From Arcobacteraceae bacterium (lineage in GTDB: Bacteria > Campylobacterota > Campylobacteria > Campylobacterales > Arcobacteraceae): DNA of 64,000 bases. Location: the NCBI GenBank assembly GCA_963662945.1, contig OY759974.1:192001-256000 (forward strand), read 5' to 3'. The number at the start of each line of letters is the position of its first letter. Positions within the stretch are counted from its first letter, which is position 1. The notes under the pieces were generated by a model. That model was not told the DNA's origin. It made no database searches and saw nothing but the letters and a program-made list of their open reading frames with translations. Of the stretch, positions 1 to 10,899 are shown piece by piece. The translations under genes were made by a program, and so were the position numbers.

Positions 1-378
1 TCTATTTTTTCTCCAAAATGAAAAATGCGACTTACTATACTCAAAACCATCAGGATTAACACATGGTACTATATAAAGAGTATTTCTTCGAAGCGTTCTT
101 AAAATTTTAGGATTTGAATTGTAATTTTTAAGTAGATAATCAATAAAAGATACGGCTAATTCATTCCCTATCCACTCTCTAGCATGAATTGTTCCTGTAT
201 AAAGCATAGCAGGTTTTAAATCAGCATTTTCCACATTCAGTGAAATAGTTGCCAACATAATATCCCTATCTTCCCAGGTCTTACCTAAGGATTGAATAGA
301 AATGATATCAGGATAGTTTTTTACACACTCTTGTAAAAAATCACATGTTTGTTTATAAGATTTGTATTGTTGTTTCAT
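1..378 (-). CDS. M14 family zinc carboxypeptidase, 5' part (runs off the window edge)
   Basis: Manual translation from ATG at 378: MKQQYKSY...YTGTIHAREWIG...VPCVNPDGFEYS...FWRKNR. HxxE zinc motif, NPDG and WRKNR are typical of M14. Not in the ORF track because it is open at the edge. Confidence 0.85.
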   Translation of the reverse strand, partial: MKQQYKSYKQTCDFLQECVKNYPDIISIQSLGKTWEDRDIMLATISLNVENADLKPAMLYTGTIHAREWIGNELAVSFIDYLLKNYNSNPKILRTLRRNTLYIVPCVNPDGFEYSKSHFSFWRKNR

Positions 379-457
379 ATTTGATTTATAATCCTGTAAA
401 ATTTATAGTATTTCTTTTGTATTGTAACGAAATATTTATTATTTCCTAGATGAAGAG

Positions 458-1417
458 TTAATCTATATAGTTATTGTTCCGTAATAAACTTAAAACATCT
501 TCAGCTTTGATAAGTTTCATACAATCATGATGTTTTAATGGACAAACTCGTTTCATACAAGGACTACACTCCAAATCTTTTCTAATAAGCATCTCTTTTG
601 CATTTGCCCACTGATGTGTTTCAATATATCTTGTAGGACCAAAAATAGCAACTGTTGGTATTTCAAAAGCTGCAGCGATGTGCATAGGTCCAGAATCATT
701 TGTGATAAAAAGATCAAGATTTGAAATACCTTCAATAAGTTCATCAATAGAAGTTTTTCCAGATAAATTTTCAAAATTAGTCACACCCGCACTTTGTAAC
801 TCTTTTTCTATATCTAAAGCGATATCAACTTCTCCTCTTCCTCCAAAAATTTTTATATCATAATTATTAGCCAGTTTTATAGCTGTTTTTGCAAACTCTT
901 TAGGATACCATCTTTTTGCACTTCCATAAGTTGCACCTGGATTAATACCTAATACTAATTTTGAACTTTGCATTTGAGATTTTGAATCATCTTTTTTATA
1001 TATTTTTAGTTTATTAGGTTCTCTAGTTATTTCTAAACTAAGATTAATAAAATCATTATATCTTACTACCTGATGTGTTTGAAGTTTATTATCTAATCTT
1101 TTATAGATAAATTTTTTCTTAGCATGAATAAAATACAATAAAAATTTTGTAGTAAAATTTTTTCTAAAACTTATTGCTATGTCTACTTCAATATCTTTTG
1201 AAATTTTATATAAATTGAAATATCTAAATCTTTGTTTTCTACTTTCATCAACAATAATTTTTACTACATTTGGATGATACTTGAAAAGGGAAGTTGAGAC
1301 AAAAGAACCAAATATAGTTAACTTACAATTAGGATATTCTTTAATGATATTTTCTATAGAGGGGGTTGTCATAACAGCATCCCCCAACCAAGTAGGAATT
1401 TCAATAAATATGTTCAA
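458..1417 (-). CDS. waaF: LPS heptosyltransferase II (GT9)
   Basis: PTWLGDAVM, NPGATYGSAKRW and DSGPMHIAAA motifs; adjacent to hldE/hldD. Confidence 0.92.
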   Translation of the reverse strand: MNIFIEIPTWLGDAVMTTPSIENIIKEYPNCKLTIFGSFVSTSLFKYHPNVVKIIVDESRKQRFRYFNLYKISKDIEVDIAISFRKNFTTKFLLYFIHAKKKFIYKRLDNKLQTHQVVRYNDFINLSLEITREPNKLKIYKKDDSKSQMQSSKLVLGINPGATYGSAKRWYPKEFAKTAIKLANNYDIKIFGGRGEVDIALDIEKELQSAGVTNFENLSGKTSIDELIEGISNLDLFITNDSGPMHIAAAFEIPTVAIFGPTRYIETHQWANAKEMLIRKDLECSPCMKRVCPLKHHDCMKLIKAEDVLSLLRNNNYID

Positions 1418-1432
1418 TGTTTATAGACCTTT

Positions 1433-2857
1433 TTAACTATTACAACACTGTATTTTTTCAATGGTTTTTGTTGTGCTCTTACCATCTACAAACTGTACAA
1501 GTTTTAACTCTTTTGCAATATCACTACCAACTACTTCTTTACCTTCGTAGTCACCACCTTTTACTAATATATCAGGTTGTACAATTTGTATAAGACTTAA
1601 AGGGGTATTATCATCAAATATCACTACATAATCAACACTTTCAAGTGCTGCAAGTATATATGCTCTATCATCTTGAGTATTTATAGGTCTATTATCCCCC
1701 TTTAAGACTTTAACACTACTATCAGAATTAAGACCTAAAATCAATACATCACCGAATGATTTTGCCTTATCTAGATACTGTACATGACCCTTATGTAAAA
1801 TATCAAAACAACCATTTGTAAAGACTATTTTTTTATTTTGTTTTCGCAATCTATCTACAGTATTTTCAATCTCTTTAAAAGTTTTAATATGTGATTCTAT
1901 ACTGCTTTTATGAAGACTGCTTTTATACTCTTCTATCTCTTCTAAAGTTGCTGTTGCACTTCCAATTTTCCCTACAACTACACCTGCTGCAAGATTTGCG
2001 AATTCCATCGCATCTACAATATTTTCATCTTTTGCTAAACAATATCCTAAACTTGCTAATACAGTATCTCCAGCACCTGTTACATCATATACTTCTCTAG
2101 CGACTGTAGGTTTTTTAATAATGTTATTCTCTTCATCAAGTATAGCTATACCATCTTCACTAAGAGTTATCATAGGAACTTGTAAGCATGCTGTATTATG
2201 AAGCTTTTTTAATGCCACTTTTAAAGTTGCATCATCAGATATTTCTACTTTTGTAGCAATAGTTGCTTCTTTTTTATTTGGAGTTAAAAGATAACTTCCT
2301 ATATACTTTGTATAATCGTCACCTTTAGGATCTACTAAAACTTTAACATTATTCCCTGATGCACAAAAATTAATTTTTGCCATCAATGAATCCGTAATTA
2401 CACCTTTTCCATAATCAGATACTAGTATAACATCAAATTGATCTATAATATTTAAAAGACCAACTGTTATAAGGGCTTCACTCTCTTGTGATATATCTTC
2501 CTTAGATTCATGATCATAACGAACAACTTGTTGATGTGATGCTATAATTCTACTCTTTTTTGTTGTTTTTCGTTTTTCATCACATATTAAATAATGTCTA
2601 ACATTTATTTCTTCAAGCATTTGAGTAAGTTCATCTGCATTTTTATCATCACCAACAACTGAGATTACCATCACATCTGCACCAAGAGCTACAAGATTAT
2701 TTACAACGTTTCCAGCACCACCTAATACTGTTGTCTCTTTTTGTATTTCTACTACTTGAACAGGTGCTTCAGGAGATATTCTATCTGTCTTTCCCCACAG
2801 ATAATGGTCTATCATCAAATCACCAATTACTAAAATATTTGGTTTATTATTTTTCAT
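1433..2857 (-). CDS. hldE: Bifunctional D-glycero-beta-D-manno-heptose-7-phosphate kinase / heptose-1-phosphate adenylyltransferase
   Basis: RISPEAPV and DVTGAGDTV (PfkB kinase) plus FTNGCFDILHKGH (cytidylyltransferase-like) domains. Confidence 0.96.
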   Translation of the reverse strand: MKNNKPNILVIGDLMIDHYLWGKTDRISPEAPVQVVEIQKETTVLGGAGNVVNNLVALGADVMVISVVGDDKNADELTQMLEEINVRHYLICDEKRKTTKKSRIIASHQQVVRYDHESKEDISQESEALITVGLLNIIDQFDVILVSDYGKGVITDSLMAKINFCASGNNVKVLVDPKGDDYTKYIGSYLLTPNKKEATIATKVEISDDATLKVALKKLHNTACLQVPMITLSEDGIAILDEENNIIKKPTVAREVYDVTGAGDTVLASLGYCLAKDENIVDAMEFANLAAGVVVGKIGSATATLEEIEEYKSSLHKSSIESHIKTFKEIENTVDRLRKQNKKIVFTNGCFDILHKGHVQYLDKAKSFGDVLILGLNSDSSVKVLKGDNRPINTQDDRAYILAALESVDYVVIFDDNTPLSLIQIVQPDILVKGGDYEGKEVVGSDIAKELKLVQFVDGKSTTKTIEKIQCCNS

Positions 2858-2858
2858 C

Positions 2859-3866
2859 TTATATCTCTTCTCTAAATAATCTCTTAATCTCAGGTATATA
2901 TGCTTTTATACCCTCTTCCATAGAATATCTTGGTTCATAACCTAAATTTTCTTTTGAAGTATCTATGTTTGCTTGTGTGAAAAATTGATATTGTCCAATA
3001 AATGGATTTGGAATATATTCCTTCCCATTATCAATCTCTAACTCTTTTTGCAATATATTTACAATATCTTCAAAGCTTCTAGCTTTACCAGTCCCTACAT
3101 TATAAACACCACTTTTTTTAGGTGTACATGCTAATATATTTGCTTGAATAATATCTTCAATATAAATAAAATCTCTTAAAATTTTATCACTTCCTTCAAA
3201 TAATTTTGGAGTAAGCCCTTTTAAGATTTGATGACCAAACTGTACTACCATAGATGATGTTTTATTTTTGAAAAATTCTCTTGGACCATATACGTTAAAA
3301 TATTTTAGTCCCACAATAGAGATATCTAAATCCTTCTTTAAATACTCATAAGTGATATTATCCATCATTACTTTACTAAAACCATATGCATTATTTGGTT
3401 GTTCATATCCAACCTCAAATCTATCACTATCTCCATAAGTAGCCGCACTACTTGCATAAATCATATTTGCACCATGATTTATAGCAATTTTTAATAAATC
3501 TTCATAAGCATTTACATTTGTTTTCATCATCAAATCTTGCTCTTGTACAGTTGTATCTGAAATAGCAGCTTGATGAAATATAAAATCAAATTTATAATTA
3601 TATTCTAACTCTTTTAATGCATGTTTATCAGTGATATCTCCGCTAATAACAATACCTTTAAATCCTAAGAGATTTTTAAAATGTCCAAAGCTTTTTAAAT
3701 TTCCATTTGAAAAAGTTTCTCCACTTCTAAACATATCAAAAGCTACAATCGTAGCTTTTGGATAGTGTTCTTGAAAGTAAAAAGCAAGATTGGAACCAAT
3801 AAAACCAGCTGCTCCTGTAATTAATATTGTCTTATCATTAAAATCATATTCACTATATTTCATCAT
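2859..3866 (-). CDS. hldD: ADP-L-glycero-D-manno-heptose-6-epimerase
   Basis: TGAAGFIGSN, YASSAATYG, YGFSK and YFNVYGP motifs; heptose pathway context. Confidence 0.93.
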   Translation of the reverse strand: MMKYSEYDFNDKTILITGAAGFIGSNLAFYFQEHYPKATIVAFDMFRSGETFSNGNLKSFGHFKNLLGFKGIVISGDITDKHALKELEYNYKFDFIFHQAAISDTTVQEQDLMMKTNVNAYEDLLKIAINHGANMIYASSAATYGDSDRFEVGYEQPNNAYGFSKVMMDNITYEYLKKDLDISIVGLKYFNVYGPREFFKNKTSSMVVQFGHQILKGLTPKLFEGSDKILRDFIYIEDIIQANILACTPKKSGVYNVGTGKARSFEDIVNILQKELEIDNGKEYIPNPFIGQYQFFTQANIDTSKENLGYEPRYSMEEGIKAYIPEIKRLFREEI

Positions 3867-3909
3867 ATTCTCTCCACTAATTTATTTATATATTTTATCA
3901 TAAAAGTTT

Positions 3910-5619
3910 TTACATACTTGCAAGGCTATGCAGTCTTTGATACTCACTGCAATTTTCAAGTAAACTTGATTCATTACCTTTACAAATAATTTCTCCATCT
4001 TTAAATACAACAATTTTATCTGCATTTTTAATCGTACTTAATCTATGTGCAATAACAAATGTAATTTTATCAGCACTTACTTCATCTAATACTTTTGTAA
4101 TAATTGATTCAGATTCATTATCTAATGCACTTGTAGCTTCATCAAAAATTAAAATTTGAGGTTTTTTGTATAATGCTCTTGCAATAGCAATCCGTTGTCT
4201 TTGTCCACCACTTAAGTTTGTACCAAATTCATCAAGAGTTGTATATATACCATTTTCCATTTTTTCAACAAAATCTAAAGCATGTGCTTGTTTGAGTACA
4301 TCTCGAACTTTTTGTTCATCAACAATACTTCCAAAAGCTATATTATTTGCTATTGTATCATTAAATATATATACTCTCTGAGTTACAATAGAAATATTGT
4401 CTCTCAAGCTCTTAAAGGTAAAATCTTGAATATTTGTATCATTTAATTTTAAAACACCTTCATATGGATCATAAAATCTTAAAATTAAATTTACTAAAGA
4501 GCTTTTTCCACCACCACTATCACCAACAAGTGCAATCTTTTCACCTTTTTTTGCCATTAAATCAATATTTTTTAAAGCTATCTTATCATCGTATTTTAAT
4601 GAAATATTTTGAAATGATATTTTTTGAATATCTTCTTGTAAAACTGCAATACCTTCAACAATATCATTTGTTTGTGAAAAGATATCATTAATTCTTTCGT
4701 TTGCAGCAATTGCACCTTGAAACTTATTATAAACAGTTGAAAGCCTTTTTATAGGGGTATATAGCATAAATAAAGCTGTCATAAATGAAAAGAATGATCC
4801 AACTGTCATATTTCCTTTAATAACTTCCATTCCTCCAATTGCAATAACTGTAGCTGCAGCTATTGCCCCTATTATCTCCATTAAAGGTGAAACTAAAGCA
4901 TTAGTTTTAACACCTTTTATTCCAACATTAAAATATTCTTGATTGATTTTCTTAAAATCTTCTGATTGTTTTTTTTGTGAATTATTTGCAATAATTATCT
5001 CTACATTATTAAATATTTCACTTAAAATAGAGGTTAATGATGAAACTTTTTCTTGAGCTTGATGTGATAATTTTTTCATTTTTTTAGCTAATAATGAAAG
5101 AGGATAGACGATAATTGGTAAAACAATTAAACCATAAAATGCCAACATAGGACTTTGATATATTACAACAAATATTAAAGCTATAATTGTAAATGTTTCC
5201 ATAATTATTACAGCAATATGACTAGATACAGCAGCCTGAATCGCACTTATATCATTTGTCACACGACTTAAAAGTTCTCCACCATGTTTTTGATGAAAGA
5301 ATTTAATATCCTGAGTTAAAATATGTGAAAGAAATTTATCCCTTACAAGTCTAATAATATCAGAACCTATAAATGATATATAATATGTTTGAATATATCC
5401 ACCAAAACCTTTTAAAGCATATAAGATAACAACAATAAAAGGCAAAACTTGAAGCATTGTTTCATCTTTATTGATAAAGATTTCATCAAGAACTGGCTTA
5501 ATTACGTATGCTGTACCACTTGTTCCCAATGCTACCATTATCATTCCAATAATTGCAAAGAAAAATTGTCTTTTATAATTTTTATAATATGGTATATATT
5601 GTTTAAAAAATTGTTTCAA
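3910..5619 (-). CDS. msbA: Lipid A-core flippase-type ABC transporter (TM + NBD)
   Basis: N-terminal TM domain, Walker A GDSGGGKS, LSGGQRQR signature, DEATSALD; inside the LPS cluster. Confidence 0.8.
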   Translation of the reverse strand: MKQFFKQYIPYYKNYKRQFFFAIIGMIMVALGTSGTAYVIKPVLDEIFINKDETMLQVLPFIVVILYALKGFGGYIQTYYISFIGSDIIRLVRDKFLSHILTQDIKFFHQKHGGELLSRVTNDISAIQAAVSSHIAVIIMETFTIIALIFVVIYQSPMLAFYGLIVLPIIVYPLSLLAKKMKKLSHQAQEKVSSLTSILSEIFNNVEIIIANNSQKKQSEDFKKINQEYFNVGIKGVKTNALVSPLMEIIGAIAAATVIAIGGMEVIKGNMTVGSFFSFMTALFMLYTPIKRLSTVYNKFQGAIAANERINDIFSQTNDIVEGIAVLQEDIQKISFQNISLKYDDKIALKNIDLMAKKGEKIALVGDSGGGKSSLVNLILRFYDPYEGVLKLNDTNIQDFTFKSLRDNISIVTQRVYIFNDTIANNIAFGSIVDEQKVRDVLKQAHALDFVEKMENGIYTTLDEFGTNLSGGQRQRIAIARALYKKPQILIFDEATSALDNESESIITKVLDEVSADKITFVIAHRLSTIKNADKIVVFKDGEIICKGNESSLLENCSEYQRLHSLASM

Positions 5620-6663
5620 TTAAATTCCCTTTATTTCTTTAATCACTTCAAGTGTCTTTTCAACATTTTTTTCGATTGTAAAGTTTTTTACAATCTGTAA
5701 ATTCATTAATTTAATTTTATCGATTTTGTCTTGATTAACAAGTAAATCATCAATCTTTTCAACTATAGAATAATCAACTGAACTAGCCATAGTATAGTTA
5801 GAGTCTAAAATTTCACTTGCACCATTTTGTTTTGTTGTTATGACTACATTTGAATAATTCATTGCTTCTAAAACAACATTTGAAAAAGGTTCATATCTAG
5901 TGGGAAATAAAAATATATCTGAAATAGTATAAAAATCTTTTACGTCACTTCTTGGACCTGTGAAAATCACTTTACTTTCCAAATTTAGTTCTTTTGTTAA
6001 CTTTTGATAATATCCTATTTTTTTCTCTTTCCCAACAATAAATGCTTTAAAATTTCGAAATCTTAATTTTGAAAGTATTGTTAAAAACTCTTCAACACCT
6101 TTTCTTTTAAAACCACTTCCTACATACAAAAATATTTTTTCACCATTCTCTTTTTGAATTAAATATTCTTTCTTAACATGTGTATAAGATATTTGAAAAT
6201 TTGGTTTTTCTAAAGATATTCCATTATAAATAACTTCTATTTTTTCCTCTTTTATTCCATATGTATCTATAATTTGTTGCTTTATCATATTTGAATTAGC
6301 AACAATCTTTTTTGCATTTTTAAAACACTTTTCTTCTAAATATATATAGACACTATGTAATAAATTCCATCGTGATTTTTTTTCTACATTAATAAACACT
6401 TTATGTACACCATCACCAGCTCTATAAATATCGGGGCAACTGATTCGTTCTAAGGAGAAATATAAATCATCTTTTTTATTATTGCAAACTTGAATATTAA
6501 AAATTAAAACCCTTAACCATGATGGTAAAAATTTTGGGACATTAGAATAAATTACCTCATGTGATATACTTAAAATATCTAATTGTTGAGATAGCCGAGA
6601 AAGATATACTTCAGCACCACCAAATTTTGTTTTATTTGCTCTAATAAATTTAATTTGTTTCAA
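5620..6663 (-). CDS. GT4 glycosyltransferase, WabG/WaaG-like core sugar transferase
   Basis: FGGAEVY, ERISCPDIYRAGDGVH, GSGFKRKG and YEPFSNVVLEA motifs. Confidence 0.85.
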   Translation of the reverse strand: MKQIKFIRANKTKFGGAEVYLSRLSQQLDILSISHEVIYSNVPKFLPSWLRVLIFNIQVCNNKKDDLYFSLERISCPDIYRAGDGVHKVFINVEKKSRWNLLHSVYIYLEEKCFKNAKKIVANSNMIKQQIIDTYGIKEEKIEVIYNGISLEKPNFQISYTHVKKEYLIQKENGEKIFLYVGSGFKRKGVEEFLTILSKLRFRNFKAFIVGKEKKIGYYQKLTKELNLESKVIFTGPRSDVKDFYTISDIFLFPTRYEPFSNVVLEAMNYSNVVITTKQNGASEILDSNYTMASSVDYSIVEKIDDLLVNQDKIDKIKLMNLQIVKNFTIEKNVEKTLEVIKEIKGI

Positions 6664-7939
6664 TATTCTGCTCTTTTGTTTTTAAATAAAGGGCTAAAGT
6701 TATCCCATACAATATATAAAAATATATTTTTTCACTATCACCAAAAAAACTACCAAACATCATTGAAGACATATAACCTATAGTACCTAAAAAGATAAAT
6801 ATAACGTAAGGTCTATATTGATGATTATTTAAATATATATAATGTAATATCTTTAATAAATATCCTAGAAGTACTATAAATAGTAATAGTCCTATCAAAC
6901 CTAAGCTAAAAAAGATTGTCATATAGTCGTTATGTGCCTGTGCAAAAAGGCTATAAGGAATATTTTCTTTTTTATCCTCAAAAATTTTTTTAATACTTTT
7001 TCCATACAAAAATCTACCATATCCTTGAGGTGTAAATAAATCATCACCTCTATATAATAAAATAGATTTCCACATTGCCAATCTGGCAACTGTAGAATGT
7101 CCTAAATTATTTTCAATAACCAATTTATCATATTCACTTGGAGTATAGCTATCCATATGTTTTACTGCTGATATAATATTAAATGCATTATATCGTGTAT
7201 CAAAGTTTTTTGAATAAATTATAAAAGAAAGTATGGATAAAATTATAATTGTCAGAATACTATATTTCATAATTTTATTTTTATAAAATAACAAAAAGAA
7301 AAAAAATAAAATCATAACTGCTGCCACAAACGTTGCTCTGGTATTATTTGCAACAATTGAAACTAAAGTAATAACTAAAAAAAAGATTGCTATTTTTTTA
7401 TATTTTGTAAAAAATAATGCTATTGCTACAGCTAAGGAATATGTTACCCATATACCAAATCTTTCTCCTCCTCCACTATCTAGTAATCCACCTGCTCTAT
7501 AAGGCCATAGTCCATGTTCAAACCAAATATAAATATTTAATAATGTATGAAACCCTAAAGAAACTACTATGATAAAAAATATTTTTTGAATTTTTATATC
7601 ATCAAATTTATAAAAAAATAAAAAAATAATTAGTGATATTATAAAAGGTTTAACTAACTCACCTCTTATTTCACTTATTGTTTCTTTTGGCTCAATAGAA
7701 AAACCAATAGAAATAATGGATATCGTAATTAACCCAACAAGTAAAAAAAGATATAATTGGAAAGATAAAATTTTTCTATAATGAATATTTTTTAGTATTA
7801 AAAAAGAGAGAAGAACAAATAATACAAAAGAAATATTTTGAATAGCTGTTACTCTCGAAATCGGTAAGCTAAATAAAAATATACTCAAAAAAAATAAATC
7901 CAAAGAATACTTATTATTTATCTCTTCTAATTTCAACAA
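6650..7939 (-). CDS. waaL: O-antigen ligase family protein
   Basis: Many TM helices, NTRA motif, RLAMW, AHNDY (conserved His); inside the core cluster. Confidence 0.8.
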   Translation of the reverse strand: MLKLEEINNKYSLDLFFLSIFLFSLPISRVTAIQNISFVLFVLLSFLILKNIHYRKILSFQLYLFLLVGLITISIISIGFSIEPKETISEIRGELVKPFIISLIIFLFFYKFDDIKIQKIFFIIVVSLGFHTLLNIYIWFEHGLWPYRAGGLLDSGGGERFGIWVTYSLAVAIALFFTKYKKIAIFFLVITLVSIVANNTRATFVAAVMILFFFFLLFYKNKIMKYSILTIIILSILSFIIYSKNFDTRYNAFNIISAVKHMDSYTPSEYDKLVIENNLGHSTVARLAMWKSILLYRGDDLFTPQGYGRFLYGKSIKKIFEDKKENIPYSLFAQAHNDYMTIFFSLGLIGLLLFIVLLGYLLKILHYIYLNNHQYRPYVIFIFLGTIGYMSSMMFGSFFGDSEKIYFYILYGITLALYLKTKEQNIETN

Positions 7940-7985
7940 AATCTAAAACCTCATTATTAAGTAACATTGTAATAGAATACAAATT

Positions 7986-9071
7986 ATGATTTATTATATT
8001 ATATTTTTACTTTTATATCCATTACTTTTTATCTTATCATTTTTTAGAAAAGAATCTACAAATAATCTCGTAATCCAAACTGCAAAAATAGGAGACTATG
8101 TTAATAGTTCTGTAATCTTTGATTCTCTAGTAAGCCTAGATATAGTCATTGACAAAATAAATACTTCTTTTTCTCAACATGATTCTAGAATTATAAAAAC
8201 TTTTATTATTAATGATTACAAATCTAATTTATTTACTAAATTACAACTTGCTTTTACACTATTTAATAATAATTACAAAAATGTATATATTATGATGCCA
8301 AATAGTTATAACTTATTTTTAGGGCAGATGAGTTTTTCTCCTAATAAGGTTACTCTATCTACATACTCAGATAAATGGTATAATAAGCTTTTTTCTTTTG
8401 GAATAAAAAAAATTAAACATACAAAAGAAAATCTTACAATCAAAAGTTACCTGACAATGATTTCCAATAATTTAGAACCAGATATTTGTTGGAAAAAAAT
8501 ACAAAAGCCATTGTTCATTCCAAAGCAAGATATCATTGGTCAAAATACTAATTTTAAAATTGGTATTAGCTTAACAGCTGGAAATAAATTAAAAACTATT
8601 GACTTAGATACTTGGAATAAACTATTTAAATTACTTGATAATTTTGATTGTAATGTTTACATATTTGGTCTAACCCATGAAGTAGATATTCTAGAAAATA
8701 TACAATCTCATTTGAATTTACATAAAGCTAAAATTATTTCACTACTTGGAAAAATCAGTCTTGATGAATTACCATACTATACTTCAAAAATGAATTTATA
8801 TATATCTTCAGATACTGGTAATAGCTACATTGCAGACAGTTTTAAAATACCATTGATTAATTTTGCTGGACCATGCTATATGAAAGAACAAAGGCCAATT
8901 GGAAAAGATGTTTTAATTATTAATTCAAATGCAAATTGTGTCCCATTTTCTTTTATATTTAAAGCCCCTTACAATACAAACTGTAAAGATTTATATACAA
9001 TCACTGCAGAACAAGAAAAAAGCATCTTAAATTTTATAACACTTGTTTATAATAGTTATATACAGAATTAA
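7986..9071 (+). CDS. GT9 (heptosyltransferase-like) protein, opposite orientation to the cluster
   Basis: QTAKIGDYV and ISSDTGNSYIA GT9-type motifs. Confidence 0.75.
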   Translation: MIYYIIFLLLYPLLFILSFFRKESTNNLVIQTAKIGDYVNSSVIFDSLVSLDIVIDKINTSFSQHDSRIIKTFIINDYKSNLFTKLQLAFTLFNNNYKNVYIMMPNSYNLFLGQMSFSPNKVTLSTYSDKWYNKLFSFGIKKIKHTKENLTIKSYLTMISNNLEPDICWKKIQKPLFIPKQDIIGQNTNFKIGISLTAGNKLKTIDLDTWNKLFKLLDNFDCNVYIFGLTHEVDILENIQSHLNLHKAKIISLLGKISLDELPYYTSKMNLYISSDTGNSYIADSFKIPLINFAGPCYMKEQRPIGKDVLIINSNANCVPFSFIFKAPYNTNCKDLYTITAEQEKSILNFITLVYNSYIQN

Positions 9072-10158
9072 TATAATTTTCCAATGAAAAAATTTCTTTA
9101 ATATTTAAATCAATTTCTCTACTTGTAACTGATTTTAAATTCATAAAACAAATCTCTAAACTTTGACTTTCTCTTGGTAAAATAGTATAAACATTTTGAT
9201 TTAATAATAATTCTTTAATTTCAAAACTCACTTGATAATTTGAGGTAATAATATGACACCCACGCATAAGTCCTTCTATAACTGTTCTTGGTAAACCTTC
9301 ATTTTGTGAAAAAGATAATACATAATCTGAATTCTTGTAATATTTATCCATATCTTGAATAAAGCCTAACTCTACAAGTTTATTTTGTTTAATAAGTTTT
9401 TCTTTTAAATTCTCAGTGAAACTATCAAATTTACCACTACCTGCTAAATAAACTTTTATATCTTCTCTAGATACATTATCCAAAGCTTGAAAAACTAACT
9501 TATGACCTTTATTTTCTAAATAATTTGCAGGCATAAATATTTGAACTATGTCACTATTAATTTTATTTTCTATTGTTATCTTTGTATTTTCAATAGGAAA
9601 AGGATTATAAATAACATTAGCATCAATATGTAACTGTTGATTATAAAATTTATATGTTGATTGTGATACACTTATCGTTCTAAAATGAAGTTTTTTCAAT
9701 AATTCTAGCTGATATTCAGTTAATAAGGAGTTTTTTCTCAAATGTTGAATTACTGGTATATTCAATTTATTTGCACCGATTATATATTCTAAATTTGTTC
9801 CAAAATGGTTATTTAAATGTATTAAATCATAATGATTAGATTGTAAAACTTCTTCAGCAAAATCAATTTTATATTGAATTTCTTTTTTATAAAGAAATTT
9901 TTTAGAAACTAATCTATAAAGTTCTTTTTTTATTTTTGATATTTTTTTATAATAAAAATTATTTTCTATAACAGTAACATTTAAAGTTTTTAAATACTGA
10001 TTAATGGTCTTATCATTGTTTATTAAATAGTCATGCTCAAAAAATACATAAAAATTATACTCATTAGGATATTTCATTAATCCTTCTAGTAAATAAAGAA
10101 AACTTTTTGTACCTCCTCCATATTCATATCCGGTATCAATGAAGAGTATATTTTTCAA
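9034..10158 (-). CDS. GT4 glycosyltransferase
   Basis: YGGGTKS, NKGH and EGLPRTVIEG motifs. Confidence 0.8.
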   Translation of the reverse strand: MKNILFIDTGYEYGGGTKSFLYLLEGLMKYPNEYNFYVFFEHDYLINNDKTINQYLKTLNVTVIENNFYYKKISKIKKELYRLVSKKFLYKKEIQYKIDFAEEVLQSNHYDLIHLNNHFGTNLEYIIGANKLNIPVIQHLRKNSLLTEYQLELLKKLHFRTISVSQSTYKFYNQQLHIDANVIYNPFPIENTKITIENKINSDIVQIFMPANYLENKGHKLVFQALDNVSREDIKVYLAGSGKFDSFTENLKEKLIKQNKLVELGFIQDMDKYYKNSDYVLSFSQNEGLPRTVIEGLMRGCHIITSNYQVSFEIKELLLNQNVYTILPRESQSLEICFMNLKSVTSREIDLNIKEIFSLENYINSVYNYYKQVL

Positions 10159-10161
10159 AAA

Positions 10162-10899
10162 TCATTTCCTTAATCCAAATAATTTTTCCCCTATAATATC
10201 ATTATCTATAAATTTTTTGGTAATTAAATTGTCATATTTTTCAGGATTTTTAGTAGCAATAGTGAAAGTATATATATTATAGAACTTATTGTCGTTTGCA
10301 CTTTGATATATTGTAGTAAATCCATTTTTTTTAAATAATTCTTTGATTGCCATTGGACTAAATCTCCAATAATCTCCAAACGAACCTTCTATATAATGTA
10401 CAGATTGTAAAAATGGTAATATTATTATGACAACATCATCACTCATATCACATAAATTTTTAAATGCTGTATCTATTTCAAATATATGTTCTAAGACCGT
10501 ATGATTAAATACTACATCAAATTTATTTTTGAGTTCTTGATCTACAGGAGTAGATAAATCTAAAAATATTTCATTGTCTATATTTGATAAGCCTGACTCA
10601 CCTTTGTAGTTTGAAACATAATATTCACTAGCATTAGTAAAATAGTTTTTGTAATAATTACCTTCTTTATCTTCATCTTTCCAACCACTTACATTCACTA
10701 CTTTGCCAGTAAACAAATGTGAAAACTCTCTTAATTCAATATTACTCCAACTTCTAGGTCTCACAAATGTTTTTTGTGTTCTTTTGGCAAATTCTATAGA
10801 AAACATATGTATTTGCTCTAACATGTAAGTAGTGATTTGCTTTAAAATTGGAATTTTTAAAATTGAAATTAAATATTTTTGTATCATCTTTTTATTCAC
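10162..10899 (-). CDS. Putative class I SAM-dependent methyltransferase-like protein
   Basis: FDVVFNHTVLEHI and GDYWRF motifs typical of glycan-locus methyltransferases. Confidence 0.55.
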   Translation of the reverse strand: MNKKMIQKYLISILKIPILKQITTYMLEQIHMFSIEFAKRTQKTFVRPRSWSNIELREFSHLFTGKVVNVSGWKDEDKEGNYYKNYFTNASEYYVSNYKGESGLSNIDNEIFLDLSTPVDQELKNKFDVVFNHTVLEHIFEIDTAFKNLCDMSDDVVIIILPFLQSVHYIEGSFGDYWRFSPMAIKELFKKNGFTTIYQSANDNKFYNIYTFTIATKNPEKYDNLITKKFIDNDIIGEKLFGLRK

